Shown: positions 18,418 to 27,537 of the stretch, piece after piece
Position numbering within the stretch: the first letter of the stretch is position 1
Layout of the letters: each line of letters starts with the position of its first letter
Assembly (NCBI GenBank): GCA_964350465.1
Contig: CAYGKE010000004.1
Location: 20,616 to 84,615, forward strand
Direction: 5' to 3'
Length of the DNA: 64,000 nt
Source: an uncultured Hyphomonas sp.
Lineage (GTDB): Bacteria > Pseudomonadota > Alphaproteobacteria > Caulobacterales > Hyphomonadaceae
Translations under genes and position numbers: made by a program
Notes under the pieces: generated by a model
Seen by the model: the letters and a program-made list of their open reading frames with translations, nothing else
The model's database searches: none
What the model was told of the DNA's origin: nothing

Positions 18418-19691
18418 GCCCGCAAGAACGGTTTGCCTTTTACAAAGACCGGATTGCGCGCTTCAATCCGGGTCTGAATGCTTTCATCCATTTGCGTCTT
18501 GATGAGGCGAAAGCGGAGGCCGAAGCAGCAGAGCGCCGCGCCGAAGCTGGTGCACTTCTCTCGCCAATTGATGGCTGGTGCATTGCGGTAAAAGCAAATA
18601 TCGCGGTCGCGGGCCTGCCGCATCATGCAGGGATTGGCGCCTATAAGGATGACATTGCGGCGGCGGATGCCGAGGTTGTCAGACGCCTAAAGGTCGCTGG
18701 CGCGATCATCCTCGGCATCATCAACATGCATGAAGGCGCGCTTGGTGCCACGACAGACAATGAAGTCTTTGGTCGGACGCAAAACCCCTGGCGCGAGGGT
18801 GTAACGCCCGGCGGGTCATCAGGTGGATCGGGTTGCGCGGTTGCTGCTGGTCTATGCGATGCGGCGCTCGGCTCTGATACAATGGGCTCGGTCAGAATTC
18901 CATCTGCCTATTGCGGCATCCAGGGGCACAAGCCAACAACCGGTCTTGTGCCGGATGATGGCGTTTTGGCTTTGTCCCACACGCTCGACCATGTCGGCCC
19001 GCATGCGCGGCAGGTCAGTGGTCTTGCGCAGATTCTGGAAGTGCTTGCGGGAAAGTCGATGAGTATCCCCATCCCCGATCTTGATCAGGCGAGTTTTGGG
19101 GTCTGGCACGGAACCGGCCAAATCGAATGCGCTCAGACCGTAAAGGATGGGTTCCGCAACGCGCTAGAAACACTCGGCGACAGTTTACAGATCAAGATTG
19201 AGCCACCCGCCTATGCCTACGGAAAATCTCGCCGGGCGGGCCTCCTGATCTCAGAAATCGAGGGCCACGCAATCCATGTCGAGCGCCTAAAAACGGATCC
19301 AGAGGGGTTCAGTCAGACGTTCCGAAAACTCCTTGAATGGGGCGCGGCGCAATCCGCCCAAAAGGTCGATGCCGCCTATGCGCATATCCGCAATATAAGG
19401 GAGGCCGCCGGAGCGATCTTCGAGAAAGTCGATTTCGTCCTGGCCCCAACTGCGCCGCAGCTCGCTTTCGCATTCGACGAGGAAGTGCCCGCCAATCAAG
19501 CTGACTTTACAGCATGGGCCGATTTTGCGGCGCTGCCTGCGACAGCAATCTATACGGGGCTTAGCGAAACCGGTTTACCATGTTCAATGCAGGTCATCGG
19601 GCCAGAAGGCAGAGATGCCGAAACACTGGCCGTGGCGGCTGCCATGGAAGCACGGATCGGTCTGCCACCAATGCCGCCAGGGTTTGACTAG
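18414..19691 (+). CDS. Amidase-signature family amidase
   Basis: AVKANI, PGGSSGGSG, GSDTMGSVRIP (Lys-Ser-Ser triad). Confidence 0.9.
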   Translation: MSPQERFAFYKDRIARFNPGLNAFIHLRLDEAKAEAEAAERRAEAGALLSPIDGWCIAVKANIAVAGLPHHAGIGAYKDDIAAADAEVVRRLKVAGAIILGIINMHEGALGATTDNEVFGRTQNPWREGVTPGGSSGGSGCAVAAGLCDAALGSDTMGSVRIPSAYCGIQGHKPTTGLVPDDGVLALSHTLDHVGPHARQVSGLAQILEVLAGKSMSIPIPDLDQASFGVWHGTGQIECAQTVKDGFRNALETLGDSLQIKIEPPAYAYGKSRRAGLLISEIEGHAIHVERLKTDPEGFSQTFRKLLEWGAAQSAQKVDAAYAHIRNIREAAGAIFEKVDFVLAPTAPQLAFAFDEEVPANQADFTAWADFAALPATAIYTGLSETGLPCSMQVIGPEGRDAETLAVAAAMEARIGLPPMPPGFD

Positions 19692-20467
19692 AGCGTGAAT
19701 TTTGGTGGCCGTTTTTCTAGAAAGGCTTTGTAGCCATCCTTGAAGTCGGCATTTGAGAACCCTTCCAGAAACAGCGCTTCAGCTTCGGCCTGATCATCGA
19801 TCCAGCCGGATTGCAGGCCCCGTATCATCTTTTTTGTCGCACGCGTGGACCATTGCGAGATCGCAGCGATCTGCTCGCCAAATTCGCGTGCCGTCTGCAG
19901 CGCCTCACCTTTCGTGGCTAGGCGATCAATCAAGCGCATAGATTTGGCCTCTTCAGCCAAAAAAATGCGCCCGGTAAACAGAATGTCCTTGGTTGCGCCG
20001 GGTCCGATTGCTTGCAACAGGCGGCGCGTATCACCGGCCGGATAGACCAAGCCAAGTTTTCCTGGAGTGACACCAAACTTGCTGCCCTCGGAAGCGACAC
20101 GCAGGTCGCAGGCCATGGCGAGACTGACCCCGCCGCCAACACAGGCCCCGTCAATCGCGGCAATGGTCGGCTTGGGACAGTCCTCGACGGTGCGCAATGC
20201 TGCATCAATTCTCTGTCCCGCAGCCTTGGCGCTTTGAGCTGTCGCATAGATGGTTTCAAATTCGGATATGTCCGCGCCCGCTGCAAAAGCGCCTGCCTCA
20301 CCGCCATGTAAGATCAGGACTTTGACATCGGGGTTGGCTGTCGCTTGCGCCACAAGCTTCGGGATTGCTGACCACATCTCGACACTGAGCGCGTTGCGCT
20401 TGGCGGGTTGGTTGAGGACGATTTCGGCAAAGGGCGGCGCAAGATCTAGGCGGATTGAAGCGGTCAC
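19688..20467 (-). CDS. Enoyl-CoA hydratase/isomerase (crotonase) family
   Basis: KRNALS, FAAGADISEF, GACVGGG, ACDLR. Confidence 0.9.
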   Translation of the reverse strand: MTASIRLDLAPPFAEIVLNQPAKRNALSVEMWSAIPKLVAQATANPDVKVLILHGGEAGAFAAGADISEFETIYATAQSAKAAGQRIDAALRTVEDCPKPTIAAIDGACVGGGVSLAMACDLRVASEGSKFGVTPGKLGLVYPAGDTRRLLQAIGPGATKDILFTGRIFLAEEAKSMRLIDRLATKGEALQTAREFGEQIAAISQWSTRATKKMIRGLQSGWIDDQAEAEALFLEGFSNADFKDGYKAFLEKRPPKFTL

Positions 20468-21888
20468 ATGGCATCCTCGGAAAAGGCCTGTATCGCGGCC
20501 GGTGCGCCAGTATTAGCGATCAATGCCTTGCGCCTCAAGAAGCGCTGGAAACCGGCTGGACCCATCCGGCTGCCGCCCATGCCGGAGAGTTTGAAACTGT
20601 GCTTCTCGGCTTCATGAAACTGCGCCGTCAGTGCCGCATCGTTGAGGCTGACACCGCCGGCATCTATCTGGCGACCGATCGCCTCGGCCTCCTCAAGTGT
20701 GCCAGCAAATACGGCTGCCGAAAGACCATATTCGCTGTCATTGGCTTTGGTGATGGCCTCTTCAATTGTATCGAAAACCAATACAGGCATGATCGGGCCA
20801 AAGGTTTCCTCGGTCACGACTTTCATCTCATGCGTGGCATCGGCAATCACCGTTGGGCGTAGCCAGAGGCCACCGCCATGCGTTTCGATCTCGCCGCCGG
20901 TCAGGATGCGAGCGTCTTTTTCTTTCGCATCCTCAATGTGCGCGCGCAGAATGTCGGCCTGTTTGTCAAAGATGATCGGCCCGATCTCGCCTTGCGAAAT
21001 GTCAGGCCAGTTCAGCCGCACAGCCTTGGCTTTTTGGGTCAGGCGTTCGACAAAAGCTGCGTAGAGTGGCTTCGCCACATAGATGCGCTCAATCGATTGG
21101 CAGGCTTGGCCAGTGGACAGCACGGACCCGCGCAAAGCGGCATCCGTTGCCAAGTCAAGATTGGCGCTTTCCGTAACGATCAGCGGGTCTTTGCCACCAA
21201 GCTCCAGAAAAGCCGGGATCATGTTGGCGGCGGCCCCCGCAGCAACTTTGCGGCCCGTTGCGACCGAACCGGTAAAACAGATCGCATCAACAGCATTGAT
21301 CAGCGCCGCGCCTGTCTCTCCGTCCCCCTGAACGAAGGTCAGAACATCACTCATGCCGGCCTGCTCAATCGCGGTAAGGAGTGGGTCAACAAAGCGAGGT
21401 GTCACTTCCGAAGGTTTGATCATCACTGTACAACCCGCGAGCAGAGCTGGGATCGTATCGATCATGCTCAGCGTCAGTGGAAAATTCCATGGTGAGATGA
21501 CGCCGACCAGTTCATAGGGAACAAATTGCGGCGCATGGCGGATGGCCGGGTTTGATCGTCCCTCGGTCCAGCCAGTTGGCATTAGGCCCGGTGCCTGCGC
21601 CAGCCAGCCATGAATCGCGCCCGCAGCGCCTTTCACTTCCATAAGCGCGATGCGGCGGCGGCCCGTATCAATTTCCAGGGCTGCCGCAATCGAATGGGCA
21701 TGTTGATCAATGGCACGTGCGAGATTGGCGAGCTTGTTGCCGCGCTGCTCAAGCGTCATGGCCCTCCAACCCGGTGCCGACCCGCGCAAATGGTTCGCGG
21801 TCTCGTTGATCTCTTCCAGCCTTGCCGCTGCAAAGGAGAAATCCTGCTCGCCTGTGCGGGGATTGCGCGCCTGTAGCTGTCTGGACAT
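20464..21888 (-). CDS. Aldehyde dehydrogenase
   Basis: ISPWNFP, FTGSVATG, LELGGKDP, GQACQS, EETFGP. Confidence 0.92.
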   Translation of the reverse strand: MSRQLQARNPRTGEQDFSFAAARLEEINETANHLRGSAPGWRAMTLEQRGNKLANLARAIDQHAHSIAAALEIDTGRRRIALMEVKGAAGAIHGWLAQAPGLMPTGWTEGRSNPAIRHAPQFVPYELVGVISPWNFPLTLSMIDTIPALLAGCTVMIKPSEVTPRFVDPLLTAIEQAGMSDVLTFVQGDGETGAALINAVDAICFTGSVATGRKVAAGAAANMIPAFLELGGKDPLIVTESANLDLATDAALRGSVLSTGQACQSIERIYVAKPLYAAFVERLTQKAKAVRLNWPDISQGEIGPIIFDKQADILRAHIEDAKEKDARILTGGEIETHGGGLWLRPTVIADATHEMKVVTEETFGPIMPVLVFDTIEEAITKANDSEYGLSAAVFAGTLEEAEAIGRQIDAGGVSLNDAALTAQFHEAEKHSFKLSGMGGSRMGPAGFQRFLRRKALIANTGAPAAIQAFSEDAM

Positions 21889-21891
21889 GTT

Positions 21892-23478
21892 TCAGCCAAG
21901 CCCCAGCGCGCCAGGGTTTACAATGCCCTTGTCATCGACAGCCTGCTTGATCGCTTCGAGTAGTTTCCACGTCGCTTCGTCCCGGCCTTCGCGATAGGGG
22001 TAGGTTCGTCCAATCTGGAAATGCGCCGCGCCATGCTCCGTAAAGACGTCAAGGACGGCTTGTCGCGCTTTCTGAACGACCGCCGTGGCTTCCGGATTGG
22101 CTTCAAACCGTGTGACGCGTTTGGCGACATCCGGTTCAACTGTTTGCTCGTGTATGTCCCAGATCTCTTCCGGCCAGATAAATACCGGCTCGATCAGATA
22201 GCCGGTCGTGCCGAGACTGGTGATGAGATACCCGGTCAGGATGTCATGCATGTCCAACTCATCGCGCATGGCGTCGAAGCGGGTTTCGATGTCCCGCCAG
22301 GTCGCCTCGCCCTCCGAAACTGGAACAATGCCATGGATCGGGACCCAGCGCTCGCCTTGTGGCCCGAGGATGTTGTTCAATGGACCAAACGGATTGGCGC
22401 GTATGATGGTTGGTATAGAGTTTTCGATCTCCTTGCCGCCAAGATCCTTGGCGATCTTTTTCAGAACCGCCATATCTTCTTTGACGCCGGTCTTTGATCG
22501 CCCCTCGACCGAAACGTGCAGTGAATAGTCGACCTTATCCATGAAGCCGCGCCCGGCCATGGCAACTTTGGCCCCGGCTTTCAGGCCCTTCAGAATTGAG
22601 CCTTGCCCCTTGATGACATTGGTCAGGGACTTCGCGTCGGCCAGGATGCTGGCGCGTGCCATGCGCACCTTGGTCAGGTTGGGGTCAAAGCCGTAGATTT
22701 CGCAGGCAATATCCTCGCGCATCATCCTAGCCTGTGCCTGTGCGCAGGCGTCGCGTGTCGCAAACTCAAAGCTCGCATGTTCGTCTGCTTGCGGTAGAGG
22801 GATCAGGCGGAACGTGATCTCTGCCTTGTAGCCAAGCGTCCCGGCATCACCGCAGAATAGACCTGTCAGGTCGGGTCCGTAATGCCGCCAGAAAGGCTTG
22901 CCATTTTTGGTGCCGCCTGTGCCGGTCCGCACCAGTGTGCCATCCGCCAGAATGACCGTGACAGAAAGGACGCTATCGCCTGTCGTGCCGTATTTGCCAG
23001 CGCCGAAGAAGGCGTTGTTCTGTGACAGGCCGCCACCAATCGTTGAGGAGATGCCGGAAAGCGGCCCCCAGAAAGGTGTCCGCACGCCCTGCTTCTTCAG
23101 CGCCTCATAGAGTTGCGCCCAGGTCACGCCGGCTTGAACCGAGACATACATGTCGTCTGTATTGATCTCGATAATCTGGTCGAGTTTCGACATATCGAGA
23201 ATGCCGACATTGTCGCGGTCGGGCGTATAGCCTTTGGTATAGGACATGCCGCCACCGCGCGGGTTGAGCGATATTCCGCGCTCATAGGCGGCACACACGA
23301 CCGCCTGCAAATCCTCTAGGTTGGACGGCGACGCAACAAAGGCCGCAGTGTCACCCTTGTGCCAGATGTCCTGGCTCATCAGCTCGCGTGTGGCAGTATC
23401 CTCCTGCAGACCGTTTTCGCCCAGTTTCTGCTTCAGAACGCCGGGCAGGTCGCTGATGGATTTGATATCGTCAGGCAT
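21892..23478 (-). CDS. FAD-binding oxidoreductase (VAO/PCMH, D-lactate dehydrogenase-like)
   Basis: PRGGGMSY, VQAGVTW, STIGG, DAGTLG, HFQIGR, DDKGIVNPG. Confidence 0.85.
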   Translation of the reverse strand: MPDDIKSISDLPGVLKQKLGENGLQEDTATRELMSQDIWHKGDTAAFVASPSNLEDLQAVVCAAYERGISLNPRGGGMSYTKGYTPDRDNVGILDMSKLDQIIEINTDDMYVSVQAGVTWAQLYEALKKQGVRTPFWGPLSGISSTIGGGLSQNNAFFGAGKYGTTGDSVLSVTVILADGTLVRTGTGGTKNGKPFWRHYGPDLTGLFCGDAGTLGYKAEITFRLIPLPQADEHASFEFATRDACAQAQARMMREDIACEIYGFDPNLTKVRMARASILADAKSLTNVIKGQGSILKGLKAGAKVAMAGRGFMDKVDYSLHVSVEGRSKTGVKEDMAVLKKIAKDLGGKEIENSIPTIIRANPFGPLNNILGPQGERWVPIHGIVPVSEGEATWRDIETRFDAMRDELDMHDILTGYLITSLGTTGYLIEPVFIWPEEIWDIHEQTVEPDVAKRVTRFEANPEATAVVQKARQAVLDVFTEHGAAHFQIGRTYPYREGRDEATWKLLEAIKQAVDDKGIVNPGALGLG

Positions 23479-23492
23479 AGTTTGAGAGTCTC

Positions 23493-24155
23493 CTAGAATG
23501 AGGTCGGCGTCCAGAGGCCGAAGAAGGCGGCGAGCAGCAAGAGCAGCCAGATGGCCATTACCAGCGGCCGGGCGCGCTTGAGAGTGAGGGCAAGACTGGC
23601 TTCGGCAGCTTCGGCATTCTTACCCGATAGTCCCATCAGTGCAGGACCAAGCGGGCGCAATACAACGCGAATGAACAGACCGAGGCCAATACAACCCGCA
23701 AGCAATAGCATCTTGATGGCCAGAAAGGCGGGGATGTTTGTTTCGCCGAACAGGACCCAGATTGCTGTGGCGGTTAGACCAATGATCAGGAGCCAACGGA
23801 TGGCGAGATCCAGATTCTTCATCCAGCCCGGCGCGCCGCCATGGCTGAGATGTAATTTCCAGGCGAGAGCCAGCCAGACCACCGCGGCAAGGCAGATGGC
23901 GATGGTGACTGGCCAACCCAGACTCATCCATGACTTGCTCTCGGCAAGCACAAGACCTGTTGGCAATGCCAGGATCAGCGCGCTCCGCGGTGCCATATCG
24001 ACATCACCGACAATCTTGGCCGCCATCATACGCCGATCGGCACTCACGCCAGGCCGGGTCAGGAAATGACTTGTATAGAATGCGCCCAGGTCGCCGCCCA
24101 GCCAGTAGACAAAGACGAGAATATGCAAGAGTGCAAAAAGCGCCTGATCGGTCAT
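23493..24155 (-). CDS. Integral membrane protein of unknown function (about 5-6 TM)
   Basis: HILVFVYWLGGDLG first helix, multiple hydrophobic segments; GGAGG RBS. Confidence 0.75.
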   Translation of the reverse strand: MTDQALFALLHILVFVYWLGGDLGAFYTSHFLTRPGVSADRRMMAAKIVGDVDMAPRSALILALPTGLVLAESKSWMSLGWPVTIAICLAAVVWLALAWKLHLSHGGAPGWMKNLDLAIRWLLIIGLTATAIWVLFGETNIPAFLAIKMLLLAGCIGLGLFIRVVLRPLGPALMGLSGKNAEAAEASLALTLKRARPLVMAIWLLLLLAAFFGLWTPTSF

Positions 24156-24163
24156 GCGATCCT

Positions 24164-24193
24164 CCGATTTAAAAGATATATCATTTAAATCGG
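24164..24193. promoter_or_regulatory. Operator A copy 2 inside a 30-bp palindrome (CCGATTTAAAAGATATATCATTTAAATCGG)
   Basis: 14 of 15 pairs complementary; lies between the GntR#2 stop and the RBS of the membrane protein/FAD oxidoreductase/ALDH/crotonase operon. Confidence 0.8.
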
Positions 24194-24212
24194 TTTAGGC
24201 GAGACCCTTGCG

Positions 24213-25010
24213 CTATTTTTCGGTCTTCCAGTCTGTTTGAGCGGCATCATTACGGGTCAGGCGCATGTGATATTCGAAACGATCAGCGCGGTAATGGGCC
24301 GTAATGTCCTGAACCGGTCGTCCACTCTTGTCGCTCATGACGCGGTGGATGCGTAGCAAAGGTGACCCGGGCGCAACGCCGAGCGTTGCTGCAACCGCTG
24401 GTTCCGCTGCTGCCGCTGAAATGCTTTGTTCGGCTTCGACAGGTCCATGACCTGCCTTTTCCAGAAGCTTGATCAAGGACTGGCTTGTCAGCTCGGACTC
24501 CTCATAACCTTGAGCGACATCATAAGGTATATAGGTTATAAGATGAGAGAAGGGTTCGCCGTCCATCGACCTTACGCGAACGATCCTCTGCACACTTTCC
24601 CCGGCTTTCAGCTTCAGCGCGCCGCGAATGGCAGGACTGGCTGTGCCCACTGTGCAATCGAGCAGTTTAACGCTGGTCTCAACACCCATGCGCGTCAGTC
24701 CGTCGATCATTGTCTCAAAGCTGCCTTTGATCATCGACCCGTTGGCATCATAGGTGACGACGGTACCAATGCCCCGTTGACGTCTGACCAGACCGGCGAC
24801 AGCGAGTTCGTTCATCGCGCGCTTTACAGTGATCCGCGAAACGCCCAGCATTTGCGTTACGTCCTGCTCGGCTGGCAGATGATCACCATGCGCGAGGCCA
24901 CCATCGAGGATTTTCTTGCGCAGAATATCATAGATCTGCTGGTATAGCGGCGTTCCTGATTTCTCGTCGATCTGGCTGGGTTTGAGTTTCAGCATGGGAG
25001 TCCGGGCCAT
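24213..25010 (-). CDS. GntR family regulator (HutC subfamily, UTRA domain) #2
   Basis: PLYQQI, LPAEQDV, VSRITVKRAM; C-terminal UTRA ending YRADRFEY. Confidence 0.9.
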   Translation of the reverse strand: MARTPMLKLKPSQIDEKSGTPLYQQIYDILRKKILDGGLAHGDHLPAEQDVTQMLGVSRITVKRAMNELAVAGLVRRQRGIGTVVTYDANGSMIKGSFETMIDGLTRMGVETSVKLLDCTVGTASPAIRGALKLKAGESVQRIVRVRSMDGEPFSHLITYIPYDVAQGYEESELTSQSLIKLLEKAGHGPVEAEQSISAAAAEPAVAATLGVAPGSPLLRIHRVMSDKSGRPVQDITAHYRADRFEYHMRLTRNDAAQTDWKTEK

Positions 25011-25086
25011 TGTGTTTGTCTTGCCAGTTCAGTTGATTCAGAGTGCAAGGACACAGATGCCTGCAATCTAGGCGCGAGTATAGAGG

Positions 25087-25509
25087 CTATTCTCCTAGCC
25101 CCTTGGAAAGATCATTCGTTGGCCCGCCGGCGGCGCGGTGAGCGACAGAGTCAGGGCTACCCCAGATCTTGCCGCCAATATACTGGCCGATCGAGTTGGA
25201 AAACTCCTTGTATTCAATCGATTCATACATGCCGCAGGTCAGGTAGGGGTCGCCATTCATCAGCGCCTGTGCATCGCTAATATCGTCGGCGAGGACTAGA
25301 AAAACCGAACCAACCAGCGCTTCTCCGCCCGGCTCTCGGATCGGGCCGGCCGTAATATAGCGCGTCCAGTTGTCCTCGACATGCTGCAAATGCCCGGCAA
25401 GATGATCAAGGCGCGGTTTGGCACTGTCAGGACCGTCCCGGCAAATCACGAGATAGCATTTTTGCGGGAGCCGAGGCACTTCAGGGGGCTGCTTGGGAAA
25501 GGTCGGCAT
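25087..25509 (-). CDS. YciI family protein
   Basis: CRDGPD..PRLDHLAGHL, AGP, GSVFLV, DPY. Confidence 0.78.
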   Translation of the reverse strand: MPTFPKQPPEVPRLPQKCYLVICRDGPDSAKPRLDHLAGHLQHVEDNWTRYITAGPIREPGGEALVGSVFLVLADDISDAQALMNGDPYLTCGMYESIEYKEFSNSIGQYIGGKIWGSPDSVAHRAAGGPTNDLSKGLGE

Positions 25510-25518
25510 GGTCGTCTC

Positions 25519-26634
25519 CTATTTCAAAACGCCGCTGGCAACGAGGCGATCTATGACAGCTTGCTGCTGGGCGATAGCGTCAGCGCGTTCAATCATCTGA
25601 GCATCAGGTGTGCGATTGGCCGGCGCATGATTGGCTTGCCCGTATCCGCTTGCAAAAGCCGCATTAGGAAGGCGCGACAGCGTATTGGTCATGCCTGTCT
25701 TACGCCGGGTTTCCCGCAGCGCGCCAATGTCCAATACGGCATTTGCGTTCAGGGTTTCGCCCTGGTTCGCCTCTGCGAGACTGCGGCCATACCAGTCGAG
25801 CACGATTGACATGCCGTCAGTTGATGCGCTGGGCACTGGCGTACCGATTATCTCGGCGCTGTTGGCGGAAACGACGTAGGCAATATTCTCGATTGCACGT
25901 GCCTTCTTTGTAATGTGCTTTGGTGTCAGCGTGGGCGCGCCGACTTCGCTGGTTGGGTGGCAGAATATCTCCGCGCCCTTAAAGGCCTGCATCCGGGCAA
26001 TCTCTGGATAGAGAATTTCTTCACTGGCAATCGATCCAAGCACGCCAATTTCCGTGTGTGCGACCGGGAAAACGGCATCCTCGCCATAGATATCCAGATA
26101 CTTGTCCCAGACGTCATAAGGGCTTGGTGTGTACAGTGAAATCATCCTGCGATAGCGCAGCACAATATCGCCATTAGGGCCGTAGATCACGTTCGATTGG
26201 AAATAGAGATCCGGAAAGTTCGGATCAGTCTCGTAATGGTTGGAGCAAAGATAGATGCCAAAAGTCTGGGCGAGGCTTGCTAGCTTATCTGGAAAAGCGC
26301 CTTCCATGGGAATAGCGGCCTTATCCTGCCATTCTTCGCGCGTTTCCCCGAGTGGGAACCCAGTCATCCAGTATTCAGGCAAGACAACCAGTTTTACATC
26401 ATAGCCATTGAAGCCTTTCAGAAAGCCCCGGGCTGAGCCGATTTGGCCCCGGACACGGCCAATTGCCAGCTCTATTCGTGCGTGTGCGTCTTCAATCGTG
26501 CTGTCCTGATTGACCGCATCGCAAACAGTTTGAAGGGCAAGAGCGGTATAGCGCATTGATGGGTTTCCTTGGGCGAGAACGGGAGCAGCTAAAGTCGCCG
26601 CTCCGGCACTGAGAAGAAGTTCACGGCGGGTCAT
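25519..26634 (-). CDS. Nitrilase/carbon-nitrogen hydrolase-fold protein, Tat signal, non-canonical triad
   Basis: MTRRELLL..VLA-Q Tat signal; LVVLPEY; YRR in place of YRK; IASEEILYPE in place of ICYD..FPE. Confidence 0.8.
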   Translation of the reverse strand: MTRRELLLSAGAATLAAPVLAQGNPSMRYTALALQTVCDAVNQDSTIEDAHARIELAIGRVRGQIGSARGFLKGFNGYDVKLVVLPEYWMTGFPLGETREEWQDKAAIPMEGAFPDKLASLAQTFGIYLCSNHYETDPNFPDLYFQSNVIYGPNGDIVLRYRRMISLYTPSPYDVWDKYLDIYGEDAVFPVAHTEIGVLGSIASEEILYPEIARMQAFKGAEIFCHPTSEVGAPTLTPKHITKKARAIENIAYVVSANSAEIIGTPVPSASTDGMSIVLDWYGRSLAEANQGETLNANAVLDIGALRETRRKTGMTNTLSRLPNAAFASGYGQANHAPANRTPDAQMIERADAIAQQQAVIDRLVASGVLK

Positions 26635-27533
26635 GAGGCGTCCTGAAATGTGCGTATACTATCAGCGGCGGTCATTAGCTTTAGGCCTGTGCTTGTAGCG
26701 AGTGCATTGAGGATTTTACGTACGGCATGTATTCGAAACGGCTGCCCAAGCACATAGGGGGTCATCGTGAAGGCGAGGGCGGCGGCGCCCTCTTTATCGT
26801 GCAGGTCGACGCTATACTGCGCCGCTTCGATAATCTGCTCAGCCCAATCGTCTTCGGATTGCGAGCGATCAAGCAAGAGTTTGAAATCGCCAAGCTCGCC
26901 ATAGTGGGGCAGCGCGGTGATCGAACCGTTTGCTGTTCTCATAGCAAGCGGACGCTGGTCGGCCTCCCAGTCGAGTACAGTATTGAAACCTGCCTCAGTG
27001 AGGAGATCGAGCGTGCGATAGCTCTCGTTTCGCGCCGGGCTCATCCAGGTCGTGGCATCTGGGAACACTGATCGCGCATCGGCGATGAGCGCTCGCTCTT
27101 CAGCCTCGCTCAGGCCATCATGATGAATATGTGCGGTAGATACACCGTGGGCCGCGACCTCGTGCCCGCCCGCTTTAATGGCATCGATGAGTGGCGGATA
27201 GCGTTTTGCAATCTCGGCATCTACCGCGAACGTGGCCGTCACGCCCGTTGCCGAAAATTCGCGCATTAGGCGAAAAATGCCGATACGGTTGCCGTAATCC
27301 CGCGTCGTGAAATGGCGCAGATCCGGATAGGGCGTCTTCATCGCGCCGGGGTGTTTGAACGGCACGGAAGGCGGGTTCAGAGGAAAAAATTCGACTGGCA
27401 CAATGATTGTGGCGATCGCTTTGGTCCCATCTTTCAAGTAAACCGGCGCGCGTCTGTCGGCAGGCTCCCAGCCATAGTGCGGGTTATCCATGCCAGGCTT
27501 ACGGTGTGGGTAAATCAGATAGTCATCAGGCAT
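26631..27533 (-). CDS. PuuE-like CE4 hydrolase paralogue (conserved His apparently replaced)
   Basis: RDYGNRIGIFRL, EVAAHG, MTPYVLGQPFR; ATG 27533 follows the upstream stop, preferred over the track's 27668. Confidence 0.8.
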   Translation of the reverse strand: MPDDYLIYPHRKPGMDNPHYGWEPADRRAPVYLKDGTKAIATIIVPVEFFPLNPPSVPFKHPGAMKTPYPDLRHFTTRDYGNRIGIFRLMREFSATGVTATFAVDAEIAKRYPPLIDAIKAGGHEVAAHGVSTAHIHHDGLSEAEERALIADARSVFPDATTWMSPARNESYRTLDLLTEAGFNTVLDWEADQRPLAMRTANGSITALPHYGELGDFKLLLDRSQSEDDWAEQIIEAAQYSVDLHDKEGAAALAFTMTPYVLGQPFRIHAVRKILNALATSTGLKLMTAADSIRTFQDAS

Positions 27534-27537
27534 TTTG

